Shown: one piece after another, positions 41,334 through 51,461 of the stretch
How the letters are laid out: every line of letters begins with the position of its first letter
Position numbering within the stretch: position 1 is the stretch's first letter
Virus record (IMG/VR): IMGVR_UViG_3300042541_001760
Span: 1 to 64,000 of that record
Length of the DNA stretch: 64,000 bases
Reading direction: 5' to 3' (one strand)
The notes under the pieces: model-generated
Told to the model about the DNA's origin: nothing
Seen by the model: only the letters and a program-made list of their open reading frames with translations
The model's database searches: none
Program-made: the position numbers and the translations under genes

Positions 41334-41696
41334 ATGACTAGACCACAGAAAAAAAAGATAGAGTTAAATAAGGAATCAATATTATCCTTATTACAGGAAA
41401 TCTACAACGAGCTTGTGGAACAAAGAAATACCGCTCTAAGGATACAGAATAAAATGTTATCAATGATGAAAGACCCTGAAGATATGACTCTTATTGGTCC
41501 GGTAATTGAGAAACAACAAAAAATTATAAACGATTGTGTTGAGAAGAAGTTACAACTCTCTAAACTACAATCGTCTATTTGGGAAAAATCCGCAAGTAAA
41601 GAGGAGAGTTTCTCTATTTCCGATATGGATGATGATCTGTTAAAAGATTTAATTGAAAAAGACGCTTTAGAGAGTAAACCATTTAAATTAAAGTAA
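41334..41696 (+). CDS. Coiled-coil hypothetical protein
   Basis: 120-aa ORF. Confidence 0.75.
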   Translation: MTRPQKKKIELNKESILSLLQEIYNELVEQRNTALRIQNKMLSMMKDPEDMTLIGPVIEKQQKIINDCVEKKLQLSKLQSSIWEKSASKEESFSISDMDDDLLKDLIEKDALESKPFKLK

Positions 41697-41702
41697 TCAA
41701 TT

Positions 41703-43607
41703 ATGGCCATAGATATTAATCAAGGTTATGACGATATTGGTAAAAAAATTGCTTCTAGCAAAACCTTCATAAAGATAAAATCGGATATTAAATCCATTAG
41801 CTCACAAGGCAATAGTTCTTTTGAAGAGGCTAACAAAGATATTGCTAATAGTTTAGATAAATTAACCGAACAGAAAAATAGATTACAAAAACAAGTACAA
41901 ACTCAATTTGAACAACTATTAAAATTATTCGTACAAAATAGAGGTAATGGGTTAAGTACAAATAAGTATTTAAAGACCGCACTAACTAAGACACTATTTA
42001 AAATAAAACCTGATATTGAGGAGATTTTAATTGATGCAGTAATTACCGCAATAGGTTGTTCACAACAACAACAATACCAAGGAAATCAAACTCTATATAT
42101 AAGAGTATCTTCAGTAGATTTTAAATCTCTACTAAAGATAGACCCCAATGCAAAATCAGGTAAAGTTAAATACGAAAAACAAAAAGACCTAAACACCGGA
42201 AACATAAAATATCCGATGAATAGACAATTGTTTCAAAGAATATCAGAACAAGGAATTTTATACCCATTTAACGGAGCTTCTGGTCAGAATCTTTTTGATA
42301 TCTCATACGAACCTGCTGATGGGTCAGGTCAACCGGGCGATTGGTTTAAAATTGATTTAAAAAATAAAGCAAATAATACTAATAAAATATCGGATTTCTT
42401 AAGGGATTATTATAGAAGAATGTCAGTTGTGGAGATTACAAACATATTCGCGCAACTGATGGATCAAATAACGGGTGCGGTATCATTTAACGCTAATATA
42501 GGATTAAAGGGTCTTGAGGAACAAACAAAGTTCAGTAGATTACTACAAAGAGCTATGGGATTATGTTTTGACAACAGAAATGAAATTGATGTAAGTGGTA
42601 ATTCAAAAATAGGGGAACTTGATAATTTAGATGATGATTTCTTTGAATTCACTAATTTAGATTTACTTCAGATTGGTCAGGAGGTTACAAACATACAAAA
42701 TGGAGCGGTGGAGTTTGAGGGTTGTGATAATATTAAGTTTCCTGTTAATTCAATTCAGATATTAGATAGTTTAGACCAATTAAACTTTATTGAAGGTGAG
42801 GGGGATGAATTAGTAAACGCTATTAATAATCTAACTTCAACATTCACAAATAATCCAGAACTAAACGGGATTGGGTTGGACTTGAATGTAAAACTATCTT
42901 TAGATTTTTCTTTTATTAAAGAATTACCGAAAGCGTTAGTTACGTCATTATTAACACCAAAAATAATGTTACCTATTTTTACAATGTTAGCGGCGTTAAA
43001 TCAGACGGCATCTCTTGAAATAACGTCATTGACTGACTTCGCTAAAAAATTCAAATCTTTTTTTATTGAGATAACAACCAAAATTGGGGGATTATTCGTT
43101 AAAGAATTATTTGGTATGTTGAAGAAAGATATTGTAATTTTACTTAAGTCAATTGCTAAGGATTTATCCAAAGAGAAATCGTTAAAAAAATACGCATTAA
43201 TTATAAACTTAATTGCTATATTAATACAAATAGCCAAAATAATAAATGATTGGAGGCAGTGTAAAAATATCATAGACCAATTATTAGCTTTATTTACCGG
43301 TATTGGTATTCCGTCATTTAAAAGGACATCAATACCACTACCTCTTTTATTGGCAGCGCCGGCATTACCAGGATATTCGCCGAATAGAGCGTTTATAAAT
43401 CAAATTGAGGAGTTACAAAAATTAGGTTTACCGACCGGTCCTTTACCTGATGGTAGTCCTAATTTGGGGTTAATTGCGGGATTTGCGGCGTTACAAGGAC
43501 AGGGAAAAGAGTTAAATGAAAACGCTAAAGTGGAGTTTGCGATACCTCCTTTACCGGTTGCCGTTGTTTCAACATCAATATCAAGTTTTTCAGGAAAATT
43601 TGTATAA
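41703..43607 (+). CDS. Probable structural (baseplate-region) protein
   Basis: 634-aa ORF upstream of the spike gene; function inferred from context. Confidence 0.6.
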   Translation: MAIDINQGYDDIGKKIASSKTFIKIKSDIKSISSQGNSSFEEANKDIANSLDKLTEQKNRLQKQVQTQFEQLLKLFVQNRGNGLSTNKYLKTALTKTLFKIKPDIEEILIDAVITAIGCSQQQQYQGNQTLYIRVSSVDFKSLLKIDPNAKSGKVKYEKQKDLNTGNIKYPMNRQLFQRISEQGILYPFNGASGQNLFDISYEPADGSGQPGDWFKIDLKNKANNTNKISDFLRDYYRRMSVVEITNIFAQLMDQITGAVSFNANIGLKGLEEQTKFSRLLQRAMGLCFDNRNEIDVSGNSKIGELDNLDDDFFEFTNLDLLQIGQEVTNIQNGAVEFEGCDNIKFPVNSIQILDSLDQLNFIEGEGDELVNAINNLTSTFTNNPELNGIGLDLNVKLSLDFSFIKELPKALVTSLLTPKIMLPIFTMLAALNQTASLEITSLTDFAKKFKSFFIEITTKIGGLFVKELFGMLKKDIVILLKSIAKDLSKEKSLKKYALIINLIAILIQIAKIINDWRQCKNIIDQLLALFTGIGIPSFKRTSIPLPLLLAAPALPGYSPNRAFINQIEELQKLGLPTGPLPDGSPNLGLIAGFAALQGQGKELNENAKVEFAIPPLPVAVVSTSISSFSGKFV

Positions 43608-43608
43608 T

Positions 43609-43815
43609 ATGGAAATTGAAAAATTTAAAAGTATCATTAGCAATATTGAAAATAGTCCCAATAAGGATTTAACTTCTGTTATGGATTTCATTAATGAGGA
43701 TTTTGTTAAAACTAAAAACTCAATTATTAACTTGACGCATTATTTAGATAATTTAGAAATTACCTATAATAGAGTATTAAAAGAGTATCAAAAAAGAAAT
43801 AATGGAAATAGGTAA
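43609..43815 (+). CDS. Small hypothetical protein
   Basis: MEIEKFKSII...; start moved from the track's 43516 to avoid a long overlap. Confidence 0.7.
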   Translation: MEIEKFKSIISNIENSPNKDLTSVMDFINEDFVKTKNSIINLTHYLDNLEITYNRVLKEYQKRNNGNR

Positions 43816-45406
43816 AATATTATTTACTGGTGTTGTTCTTGATAGTGCAGACCCTTATAGATTGGGTAGATTGAGAGTACAACCCGAAAATCAAACCAAA
43901 AGTGATATATTAAATAGCGTTGACCCAAAATATCTGAGTTCAACTAAGGACAATATTTCACCAATTTATCTATGGACAAAATATGATCCATTTGTTTTTT
44001 TACCCTTACTACCATTTTCTTTAAATGTAACACCAAGAATTAACGAATCTGTTAATATATTATATCCTGTTGTTCAAAATGTGGGTAACACTCAGTTAAC
44101 CAAATTCACGGATGCGGCGAGATATTATTTACCAACATCACCATCCTCACCAATGGCAGTGGTTTATGAGAACTATATCTCTTCAAAAACAAACACATCA
44201 AAAGGAGATAATATTGCCCCAACTTTACCATTAGCGGGTAATGGAGGTGAGGTACCAAAGGATTCAAGAGGAATATTTCCCGAACCTGAAGATAATGCGA
44301 TTTTAGGTAGGGGAACAACAGATATCGTTCTTAAAGAGAATGATGTGTTAATTAGAGCCGGTAAAACAAAAAAGTATGATGTAAATACATTACCAACCGC
44401 AAATGATAATAGATCGTTTTTACAATTGTCACATTTCACGACCTCAATGGTTAAGGATATTCCAACATCCCAATTAAGTATAACCACCGTACCACAACAA
44501 ATAAAATTATTGGTGGAATGGCATATAACTAACCCTGAGAATGACCAAGACGTTTTTACAGGATACGTTAATTTATATAATGTACAAAGAAAAAAAGACG
44601 AAAGATTAAATAGTAAAAACTTCAAAGTATCTACTGATATTGAAGACATAAAAGGCGCTCAGCTACCTATTAGCACTAACTTCCAAGGACAGAGTTATGA
44701 AAACGCCGTTAACTTAATCAACACTTTTATTTTTCAATTATTTAGTGGTGAGATAAATATGAAAGATTTTGATGGTTATAATGGTAAAATATTCAAACCC
44801 CAAAATGATGGAGACCAATTCACATTTGCTTTTAGACCTTCACCGGCAACATATAATAAATTGAATGATTTGGGAGGACAATCGGGACTTGAGTCGGTTT
44901 TAGAGTCAAGTAACATAATGAGATTTTACCAAAGAATTAAAGTGGGTAATGGAACTTTGTCCGCCGGTTTTGGTATTGTCTCAGGTAAAAATAAAGATGG
45001 AGAACCTATTTTTGGTGATCCAATTAAAGTTAAAACAAACAAATACACGCCATTTAAAGTTAATAATGAAAGTGTAACTTATGGTGTGTTAGGTGCTCAA
45101 AAAATATATTTAATATCTCAAGATTCACAAGTGGGTCAAAAGAAGGTAGATTTAAAAAATACAATTTACGGAATACCCCAACCGAAATTAGTTGATATGG
45201 TAAATCAAACCGAACCAATGGTTAGAGGTGATAAATTAATGGATATGATAACTTTAATTGTTAAATTCTTAACCGCTCACGTACATTCATATCACGGGTT
45301 AGCCCCAATCCCAACGGCATTGGATGGTACATTATCCGCAGATATATTACAAAAGATGTTGGACGCTCCAAATACGGTTCTAAACCAAAACGTAAGAATA
45401 AATTAA
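43802..45406 (+). CDS. Baseplate central spike, gp5/gpV-like (OB-fold N-terminus, His-motif tip)
   Basis: GVVLDSADPYRLGRLRV; C-terminal AHVHSYHG; no lysozyme domain recognised. Confidence 0.7.
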   Translation: MEIGKILFTGVVLDSADPYRLGRLRVQPENQTKSDILNSVDPKYLSSTKDNISPIYLWTKYDPFVFLPLLPFSLNVTPRINESVNILYPVVQNVGNTQLTKFTDAARYYLPTSPSSPMAVVYENYISSKTNTSKGDNIAPTLPLAGNGGEVPKDSRGIFPEPEDNAILGRGTTDIVLKENDVLIRAGKTKKYDVNTLPTANDNRSFLQLSHFTTSMVKDIPTSQLSITTVPQQIKLLVEWHITNPENDQDVFTGYVNLYNVQRKKDERLNSKNFKVSTDIEDIKGAQLPISTNFQGQSYENAVNLINTFIFQLFSGEINMKDFDGYNGKIFKPQNDGDQFTFAFRPSPATYNKLNDLGGQSGLESVLESSNIMRFYQRIKVGNGTLSAGFGIVSGKNKDGEPIFGDPIKVKTNKYTPFKVNNESVTYGVLGAQKIYLISQDSQVGQKKVDLKNTIYGIPQPKLVDMVNQTEPMVRGDKLMDMITLIVKFLTAHVHSYHGLAPIPTALDGTLSADILQKMLDAPNTVLNQNVRIN

Positions 45407-45423
45407 TTATCCGACTTTATTGA

Positions 45424-45430
45424 TATTTAT
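45424..45430 (+). promoter_or_regulatory. TATTTAT late-promoter-like motif
   Basis: 14 nt upstream of ATG 45445. Confidence 0.55.
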
Positions 45431-45444
45431 TGTAAAATAGAAAA

Positions 45445-46935
45445 ATGTCAATAAATAACTCATATTTCATTAGAAACAACACTATACTATATAACACATA
45501 TAGTAACCAAGGTCAGTCACCAATAACAGAACTTTTTTTTGGGTATATTAGTATTGAAAATCCAAGTCCTATATATAGCCGATTTATCTTTGATTTAAAT
45601 TTAGATTTATTAACAGAGAAGATTAGTGATGGCATCATCCAAACAGGATGTACCAGTTCTATGACCCACACATTAATAATGACCAATACCGCATCATTTG
45701 ATTCAGGATTATTAAATTCTAGTAAATTTTCAGGTGAAATAAAAAGAGCCTCATCTTTTGACTTAATATTATTTAGAATACCTCTATCTTCAGGATCGAC
45801 AGGGAATTCACAACCTTGGGATGAGGGTGTTGGTAAAGAATATGATTTGGGTATAGGGTTAAATGACACCGAATCAATTTTTACAAAAAAGAATTACTCA
45901 ATAGACCCATCCAATTGGTTTTATCGTCAAACAACATTACCTTGGTCAACAGAAGGTATATATGACAACACAAACTCAATAACAGGGGCAGGTGTAAATT
46001 ATTCAGGTCTTACGATTATTGGAGAACAACACTTTGAATTTGGAAATGAGAATATATCATTTGATATGACTGATGAAATTAATGGTATATTAAACGGGAC
46101 TATAACGGGAGTAACAGGATGGGGTATTGCATATAAACCAAATATAGAATTATTTAATCAATTAACTCAATATTTTTCTGTTGGTTTCTTTACTCGACAT
46201 ACTCAAACATTTTACGAACCATATCTATTAACTAATTATGATGATTTAATTACCGATGATAGAAATCTATTTAGTTTAGGAAAACCAAATAAATTATATT
46301 TGTATATATATGAAGATGGTAATCCGGTTAATTTGGATTCCAACCCAATTGTATCACTATTGGATAATAGTGGTGACGTAATACCATCATTATCGGCAGT
46401 TACAACTTGTAGAAAAACTCAAGGAATATATGAGGTAACGATACCCGCATTATTGGGGTATAAGTCACCTTGTACCTTTACTGACGTGTGGGGTGATTTA
46501 TTTTTAAATGGGATTCAATTACCTGATATTGAAAATGAGTTGGTGGTACAACCATATTCAAAATCCATAACTATAGGAACTTCAACCAAAGAACCCTCAT
46601 TATTCGGTTTTGACTTTTATGGTATAAATCAAGATGAGAAGTTATTAAATACCGATTTACGTAAGGTTGGTGTTATTATTAAAAAACAATACACATCAAA
46701 CCAACCATTAGAAAAAATTAAGGCTTATTACCGAGTATATGTTAAAGAAGGTCAAACAGAAGTCCAAGTTCAGGATTGGACACAAATAAATAAAACACCT
46801 AATGAGTATTATTTTATCTTTGATACAAGGGATAAAATACCTAACGAATATTACATTGATTTGAAATTAGATGTAACGGGGGAAATCAACACATACAAAA
46901 AACAAATTAAGTTTCAAATTGTAAATAAAAAATGA
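45445..46935 (+). CDS. Probable structural (baseplate/tail) protein
   Basis: 496-aa beta-rich ORF after the spike gene. Confidence 0.6.
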   Translation: MSINNSYFIRNNTILYNTYSNQGQSPITELFFGYISIENPSPIYSRFIFDLNLDLLTEKISDGIIQTGCTSSMTHTLIMTNTASFDSGLLNSSKFSGEIKRASSFDLILFRIPLSSGSTGNSQPWDEGVGKEYDLGIGLNDTESIFTKKNYSIDPSNWFYRQTTLPWSTEGIYDNTNSITGAGVNYSGLTIIGEQHFEFGNENISFDMTDEINGILNGTITGVTGWGIAYKPNIELFNQLTQYFSVGFFTRHTQTFYEPYLLTNYDDLITDDRNLFSLGKPNKLYLYIYEDGNPVNLDSNPIVSLLDNSGDVIPSLSAVTTCRKTQGIYEVTIPALLGYKSPCTFTDVWGDLFLNGIQLPDIENELVVQPYSKSITIGTSTKEPSLFGFDFYGINQDEKLLNTDLRKVGVIIKKQYTSNQPLEKIKAYYRVYVKEGQTEVQVQDWTQINKTPNEYYFIFDTRDKIPNEYYIDLKLDVTGEINTYKKQIKFQIVNKK

Positions 46936-47420
46936 AAAAAGTAATTAGATTAACTGAAGCGGATTTAAGTCGTTTAGTTAAACGAGTATTAAACGAATCA
47001 CACGAAGAACGTGGTGATAGATATATGTTCTTTTCAAACTTAGAACAGATGAAAAGACAATGTGAGATTCTATTAGAAAAAGATAGAGGGATGATAGAAG
47101 AAATATTGGATAATGGTCACGATTGGGCACAAGACCATATTGCCGAATCCAAAAACAATATGGATCAAGTTTTTGATTTTATGATGAATCACATAGAAGG
47201 TGATGGTGAACAACATATGGATGATAATTCTTTTGATGATGTAATTGGGGAGGGTAGAAAAAAAGCCGGAACTAAATTATGCGCAAGAGGTAAGGTGGCG
47301 GCAAAAGGTAAATTTAAGGTCTACCCTAGTGCTTATTCGAACGGCTACGGAGTTCAAGTATGTAAAGGAACAAAACCAGGTTTAGATGGTAAAAAAAGAT
47401 GTTCCCCACCATATTGTTAA
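46932..47420 (+). CDS. Putative capsid-internal protein with basic Cys-containing C-terminal domain
   Basis: MKKVIRLTEADLSRLVKRVLNES leader; KLCARGKVAAKGKFKVYPSAY...VCKG...CSPPYC. Confidence 0.65.
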   Translation: MKKVIRLTEADLSRLVKRVLNESHEERGDRYMFFSNLEQMKRQCEILLEKDRGMIEEILDNGHDWAQDHIAESKNNMDQVFDFMMNHIEGDGEQHMDDNSFDDVIGEGRKKAGTKLCARGKVAAKGKFKVYPSAYSNGYGVQVCKGTKPGLDGKKRCSPPYC

Positions 47421-47476
47421 TACGAAAATAAATAATATTTTTTTGTATTTTTATGATTATCCATATATTTATATGT

Positions 47477-47968
47477 ATGGATACACAAAAGATATGTAAA
47501 ATTTGCGGTTTATCAAAACCAATAAACGAATTTTATAATAGTCAAAGAGGGAGTAAATGTAAAGAATGTACTTTAATAGTGACTAGAGAGTATAAAAAAG
47601 AAAAAAGAAAAAATCTTGATTTTAGAAAGATTGAGGGATTAAAACAAAAAGAAAGAAGAATTAGATTGTGGCAAAATACCTTAATTAACGACTCTAAATG
47701 TAGAGGGTTAGAGAATACTTTAACGGTAGATGACATAAATGAACTATACAAAAAACAAAATGGGTTATGTTATTGGTTTAACGTTCCTCTAATACCATCC
47801 AACTCACATAAATCCCCACAACAACCATCATTAGATAGGTTAGACGGAAATAAAGGTTATACTAAAGATAATGTAGTATTATGTTGTTACTCCGCAAATA
47901 TTGGTAGGAATGAGAATGATGTTGAAACTTGGGAATCTTTTTTAAAAGTTTTAAAGAACAGTATCTAA
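47477..47968 (+). CDS. Free-standing HNH (His-Me finger) endonuclease with N-terminal zinc ribbon
   Basis: CKICG...CKEC; CYWFNVPL...SLDRLDGNKGYTKDNVVLCC...N; start MDTQK preferred. Confidence 0.8.
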   Translation: MDTQKICKICGLSKPINEFYNSQRGSKCKECTLIVTREYKKEKRKNLDFRKIEGLKQKERRIRLWQNTLINDSKCRGLENTLTVDDINELYKKQNGLCYWFNVPLIPSNSHKSPQQPSLDRLDGNKGYTKDNVVLCCYSANIGRNENDVETWESFLKVLKNSI

Positions 47969-47976
47969 TTTTTTCA

Positions 47977-47984
47977 TATCTTTG
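47977..47984 (+). promoter_or_regulatory. Possible Bacteroidota-type -7 promoter element
   Basis: TATCTTTG (TAnnTTTG) 19 nt upstream of ATG 48004; no clear -33 TTTG. Confidence 0.4.
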
Positions 47985-48003
47985 TAAAACCAAAATCTGA
48001 TAT

Positions 48004-48423
48004 ATGACACCCTACCAATTCGTAAAACATAAAATCAATAGATTCGCTTTCCATTATTACAAATGGATAAAACGTCGTCCATTAGACCAAGGATTAGATC
48101 CAGAAATTAAGGAGTTCCAAACGACTTGCTTTCACATTTGTCGTAAATTAATTAATCAGAATGATTCTGAATTAATATTATCACCCATAAGTGATAAACG
48201 TGTGGTTAAGAATGAGAGATTGGGTATATACCTAACAATACAGAATCAACAGGCATTCGTAACCAATCACGTATATCATTATTCTATTATTTTAGACGCT
48301 AGAACTTGGGAAAGGGTAGTTTACTTGTTTAACAACGAGATAGAGCGTCGTAGGAAGTCCTACGAGGTTGTTATCAATAGTCAGATTAGTCACTCGCTTA
48401 ATGATATTCTTAAAAAGTTCTAA
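48004..48423 (+). CDS. Hypothetical protein
   Basis: 139-aa ORF. Confidence 0.7.
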   Translation: MTPYQFVKHKINRFAFHYYKWIKRRPLDQGLDPEIKEFQTTCFHICRKLINQNDSELILSPISDKRVVKNERLGIYLTIQNQQAFVTNHVYHYSIILDARTWERVVYLFNNEIERRRKSYEVVINSQISHSLNDILKKF

Positions 48424-49135
48424 TTTCCTTTAGGATTTTTTTAACCAACACATTAATACTTTCATTTTTGGAAGTATTTTTTTTTGGTTTATAATGAGTC
48501 ATTTTTGGTTTGTTTCCCGTTCCTGACTTAGAGTGTGATTTCTCGGCAGTTCTTTTTTGTTGACAAGCACTTTTCTTTTGTGAGTCAGTCATTTTTGAGG
48601 CAACTCCTGCTGCTCTACATTTTGGATATCCCTTATCTGAAGCCTCAGGTCTACCACAAGGAGGATGACCCCCACCTTCTTTTTTACGACATATATTAAC
48701 CCAAGGACCTCCCGGTTGTTTACTACCTTTAGGTTTTTTCTTAGTCCCAAACCAAACCGCTAAATCCTCCCTTAAAACATCCTTAATAATATCCCTGATG
48801 TTTTCGTTCTTAGGTGCTTTATTCAATGGTTTAATCGGACCATTACCACTATTTAAGTTATTACCATCATCATCAGAATCACTTGGATGGTCCTTAATAT
48901 ATTTAGATATCTTTCTTGCGTTTGCTTCCATTTTCTTTATCTTTTTTTTTGGTGTTGACATCTTACCGTCATAACTATCATAAGCCAATTCGGAGTCATC
49001 GTATTTAGAGGTTGGTATATAAAAAGGTTGCATTTCTTGCTTATCAAATTCCCTAATACCTGGCGATAATGGTGCTTGGTATTTACCTGACGATGAAGAT
49101 GTAACTGTAGCCTCGTTTAATTTCTTGTTACTCAT
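48410..49135 (-). CDS. Putative capsid-internal basic protein with Cys-containing domain
   Basis: IRDIIKDVLREDLAVWFG...WVNICRKK...PCGR...YPKCR...ACQQKR. Confidence 0.7.
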   Translation of the reverse strand: MSNKKLNEATVTSSSSGKYQAPLSPGIREFDKQEMQPFYIPTSKYDDSELAYDSYDGKMSTPKKKIKKMEANARKISKYIKDHPSDSDDDGNNLNSGNGPIKPLNKAPKNENIRDIIKDVLREDLAVWFGTKKKPKGSKQPGGPWVNICRKKEGGGHPPCGRPEASDKGYPKCRAAGVASKMTDSQKKSACQQKRTAEKSHSKSGTGNKPKMTHYKPKKNTSKNESINVLVKKILKEIRTF

Positions 49136-49193
49136 TTGACTTAATGATTTGTTATTTCTATTTTTATATAAATATCTTAAAAAACGAATTGTT

Positions 49194-49334
49194 ATGATAT
49201 ACGAACATTTTAAATGGACTCCTGAGTTAAGAGAAGAATTTTCTAAAATAGTTTTGGATAATTACGAATTAATTGATAATATTGAGCAAGAAATAATGAT
49301 GTTTATAAAATCAAAAGTATATGCAAGAAGATAA
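49194..49334 (+). CDS. Small hypothetical protein
   Basis: MIYEHFKWTPELREEF...; start moved from 49149. Confidence 0.55.
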   Translation: MIYEHFKWTPELREEFSKIVLDNYELIDNIEQEIMMFIKSKVYARR

Positions 49335-49554
49335 TCCATACGCAGTTTTATTCGGTAGTATAGAACTACACTCAGAAGAACATATAGATTTAATTTTGGG
49401 TGTTATGGATAAGGAACACGCAAACTATTACTTAGTGGAAGCCGTTAGACACGCTTATCAGAGGGGGGTATATAGTTTCGCTGAGGTTGAAATCATATCT
49501 AAATCAATAAGGGTATTGTCTAAAACGGAAGAATTACCAAAAGAGGGGGAATAA
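49321..49554 (+). CDS. Small hypothetical protein
   Basis: 77-aa ORF ending just before a terminator. Confidence 0.7.
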   Translation: MQEDNPYAVLFGSIELHSEEHIDLILGVMDKEHANYYLVEAVRHAYQRGVYSFAEVEIISKSIRVLSKTEELPKEGE

Positions 49555-49581
49555 AAAAAGGGACAATCTCTTGTCCCTTTT
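49553..49581. terminator. Bidirectional rho-independent terminator
   Basis: AAAAGGGACAA-TCTC-TTGTCCCTTTT perfect hairpin between convergent genes. Confidence 0.85.
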
Positions 49582-49602
49582 CAATATTACATAGATAATT
49601 GA

Positions 49603-51441
49603 TTATCTCAATTCTCTCAAATCAAACGTTCTAACTCCATCAACGGTAATTCTAGCATAGAAGCGATTATTTACCATCTTTTTCGCGTATCTTGTCATAA
49701 TCCCTTTAATTGGTGTGAAATTAAATGGGTTATACATAGTTGGAGTTAATTGTAGAGGTACGTACGGTGCGTAGATGTAACCTGTGTCAAGTAACGATGT
49801 ACCTTTGTGACCAATCAACACCTGATTAGCAGGGAAGTAAGGGTCACGGAACACTTGGTAACGACCAGCTAATGTACCAACTCTTTCAATACCCATGTTG
49901 TACTGATCTTGCTCCGGTGAAGCATTTGATACGTGGAAGTATTCTAAGTCATCAAAAATTGCAGAAACTTCAGAAGAAACTACGATCCAATTAGCGCCAC
50001 CTCTTAAAGTTGACTTGTGAATTTGAGCTGACAATTGGTTAATTGCAGTAATCAAAGTCTGATTCCAATCTTTCTGAGTGTATTGAGTTAATGGATTAGA
50101 TGATGTTCCTCTTTTCCAACCGTTGTAATCCCAACGTAGATTCCAAGCCGCTCCTTTACGTAAGTCACGTAAAATTTCACGGTCAATCTCAGCAGCTACT
50201 TGTTCTGACAACAATGCCGTCAATTCAGCCTCAGCGTCGATGTTATGGAAAGCCGCAACGTCTTGAGCTAACTCAGGAGACCATTGTGCTCTTAGTTTTC
50301 TTTCAGTAACAGATACAGTAACAGACTGAAGATCGAAAGAAACTTCTCCAATTTCATCTTCAAATTCTAATGTCTTATATCTTCTGAAAATACATCTAAA
50401 TTGAGTCCCAGTAGCAACAGTACCGGCAACAGTTAAAGTTAAACCTGAGTAACCATCCAAAGATGCTGCTCCAAGCGCGCAAGGAACTTGTAGGTCTACT
50501 TCTAAGTAAATAGTACCGGTTGAATCACATATATCGTAATAAGAACCACCATTTCCTGTTGATGACCAAGTTGTTGATTGTTGTGATCCGTATTGTACGA
50601 TACCTTTACCGTATTTTTGAGTAACAACTCTAAATAGTAAATCACCAGAACCCATACCTGAGAACGCCCCGGTGGATATTGCTTGAACTCTTAAATCTGA
50701 AAGGAACGCTTCACTATCCATTTCCTGACCGTCAGGTCCAATTAATTTACCTTCACCTGCATTAGTGAAACCTGTTAAAACAATTAACGCTTTTCTATAA
50801 ACAGGACCTCCGTCAGCACCAGTTGCGGCAACTTGGCCACCTGTTAAACTGTAAGCGGTAGGTACTAATACTCCATTTGACCAAGCAACTGTAGTGGTAT
50901 CGGTAGTTGTGATTGCCGTGTAAGCTCCTTTAGAGTAATCGAAAAGACCAGGAGGATCCAAAGTCGGTTCATTACCTTCGTAAAATCTGTCATAAAGGTT
51001 TTTGTCGTTAGCTCCATATGCCGCTTGTGATTCCGCAAGTGTTGGTCCGTTTGGTGCTCCTACAGGACCAAAATGTGCATTTTCGTTAGAACCTGCCTCT
51101 TGGTATCCTTGGATTTTAGGTACGAAGTAGAACAATTTACCAATTGGTAAGTTCATTGCTTGTACTGATACGATTTCGTTAGCCAACAATTTAGAGAAAA
51201 CACGTCTTACGATTGGAAAAACAACTGTTTCAAATGCTCCGTTAGAAGATTCTGAAGATGCTTCGTTAATCAAGAAAGATGCTTGGTTTTCATAAAGTTG
51301 TGCAACGTTTTCTTTTAGGTGGCCTTTAAGACCTTCTAGGAACCCTAATTTGTCCCATTTGTTAATTGTATCTTCTTTGATAACCTTAAGGTGCTTAAGA
51401 CCGATGTTACCAACAAGACCTGATTCTAATAATGCTCCCAT
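49603..51441 (-). CDS. gp23: Major capsid protein (T4 gp23-like)
   Basis: FPIVRRVF, VSVQAMNLPIG.LFY, RKLRAQWSPELAQD..AFHNIDAEAEL, YAPYVPL and MTRYA. Confidence 0.95.
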   Translation of the reverse strand: MGALLESGLVGNIGLKHLKVIKEDTINKWDKLGFLEGLKGHLKENVAQLYENQASFLINEASSESSNGAFETVVFPIVRRVFSKLLANEIVSVQAMNLPIGKLFYFVPKIQGYQEAGSNENAHFGPVGAPNGPTLAESQAAYGANDKNLYDRFYEGNEPTLDPPGLFDYSKGAYTAITTTDTTTVAWSNGVLVPTAYSLTGGQVAATGADGGPVYRKALIVLTGFTNAGEGKLIGPDGQEMDSEAFLSDLRVQAISTGAFSGMGSGDLLFRVVTQKYGKGIVQYGSQQSTTWSSTGNGGSYYDICDSTGTIYLEVDLQVPCALGAASLDGYSGLTLTVAGTVATGTQFRCIFRRYKTLEFEDEIGEVSFDLQSVTVSVTERKLRAQWSPELAQDVAAFHNIDAEAELTALLSEQVAAEIDREILRDLRKGAAWNLRWDYNGWKRGTSSNPLTQYTQKDWNQTLITAINQLSAQIHKSTLRGGANWIVVSSEVSAIFDDLEYFHVSNASPEQDQYNMGIERVGTLAGRYQVFRDPYFPANQVLIGHKGTSLLDTGYIYAPYVPLQLTPTMYNPFNFTPIKGIMTRYAKKMVNNRFYARITVDGVRTFDLRELR

Positions 51442-51461
51442 TATATTTTAGTTTTTGTTGT

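Noticed and set aside
49167-49174. T4-orientation TATAAATA promoter for the plus-strand 49194 gene
   Set aside because: The same bases read TATTTAT for the divergent 49135 gene, matching the orientation of the other 12 sites; ambiguous, so not called separately.
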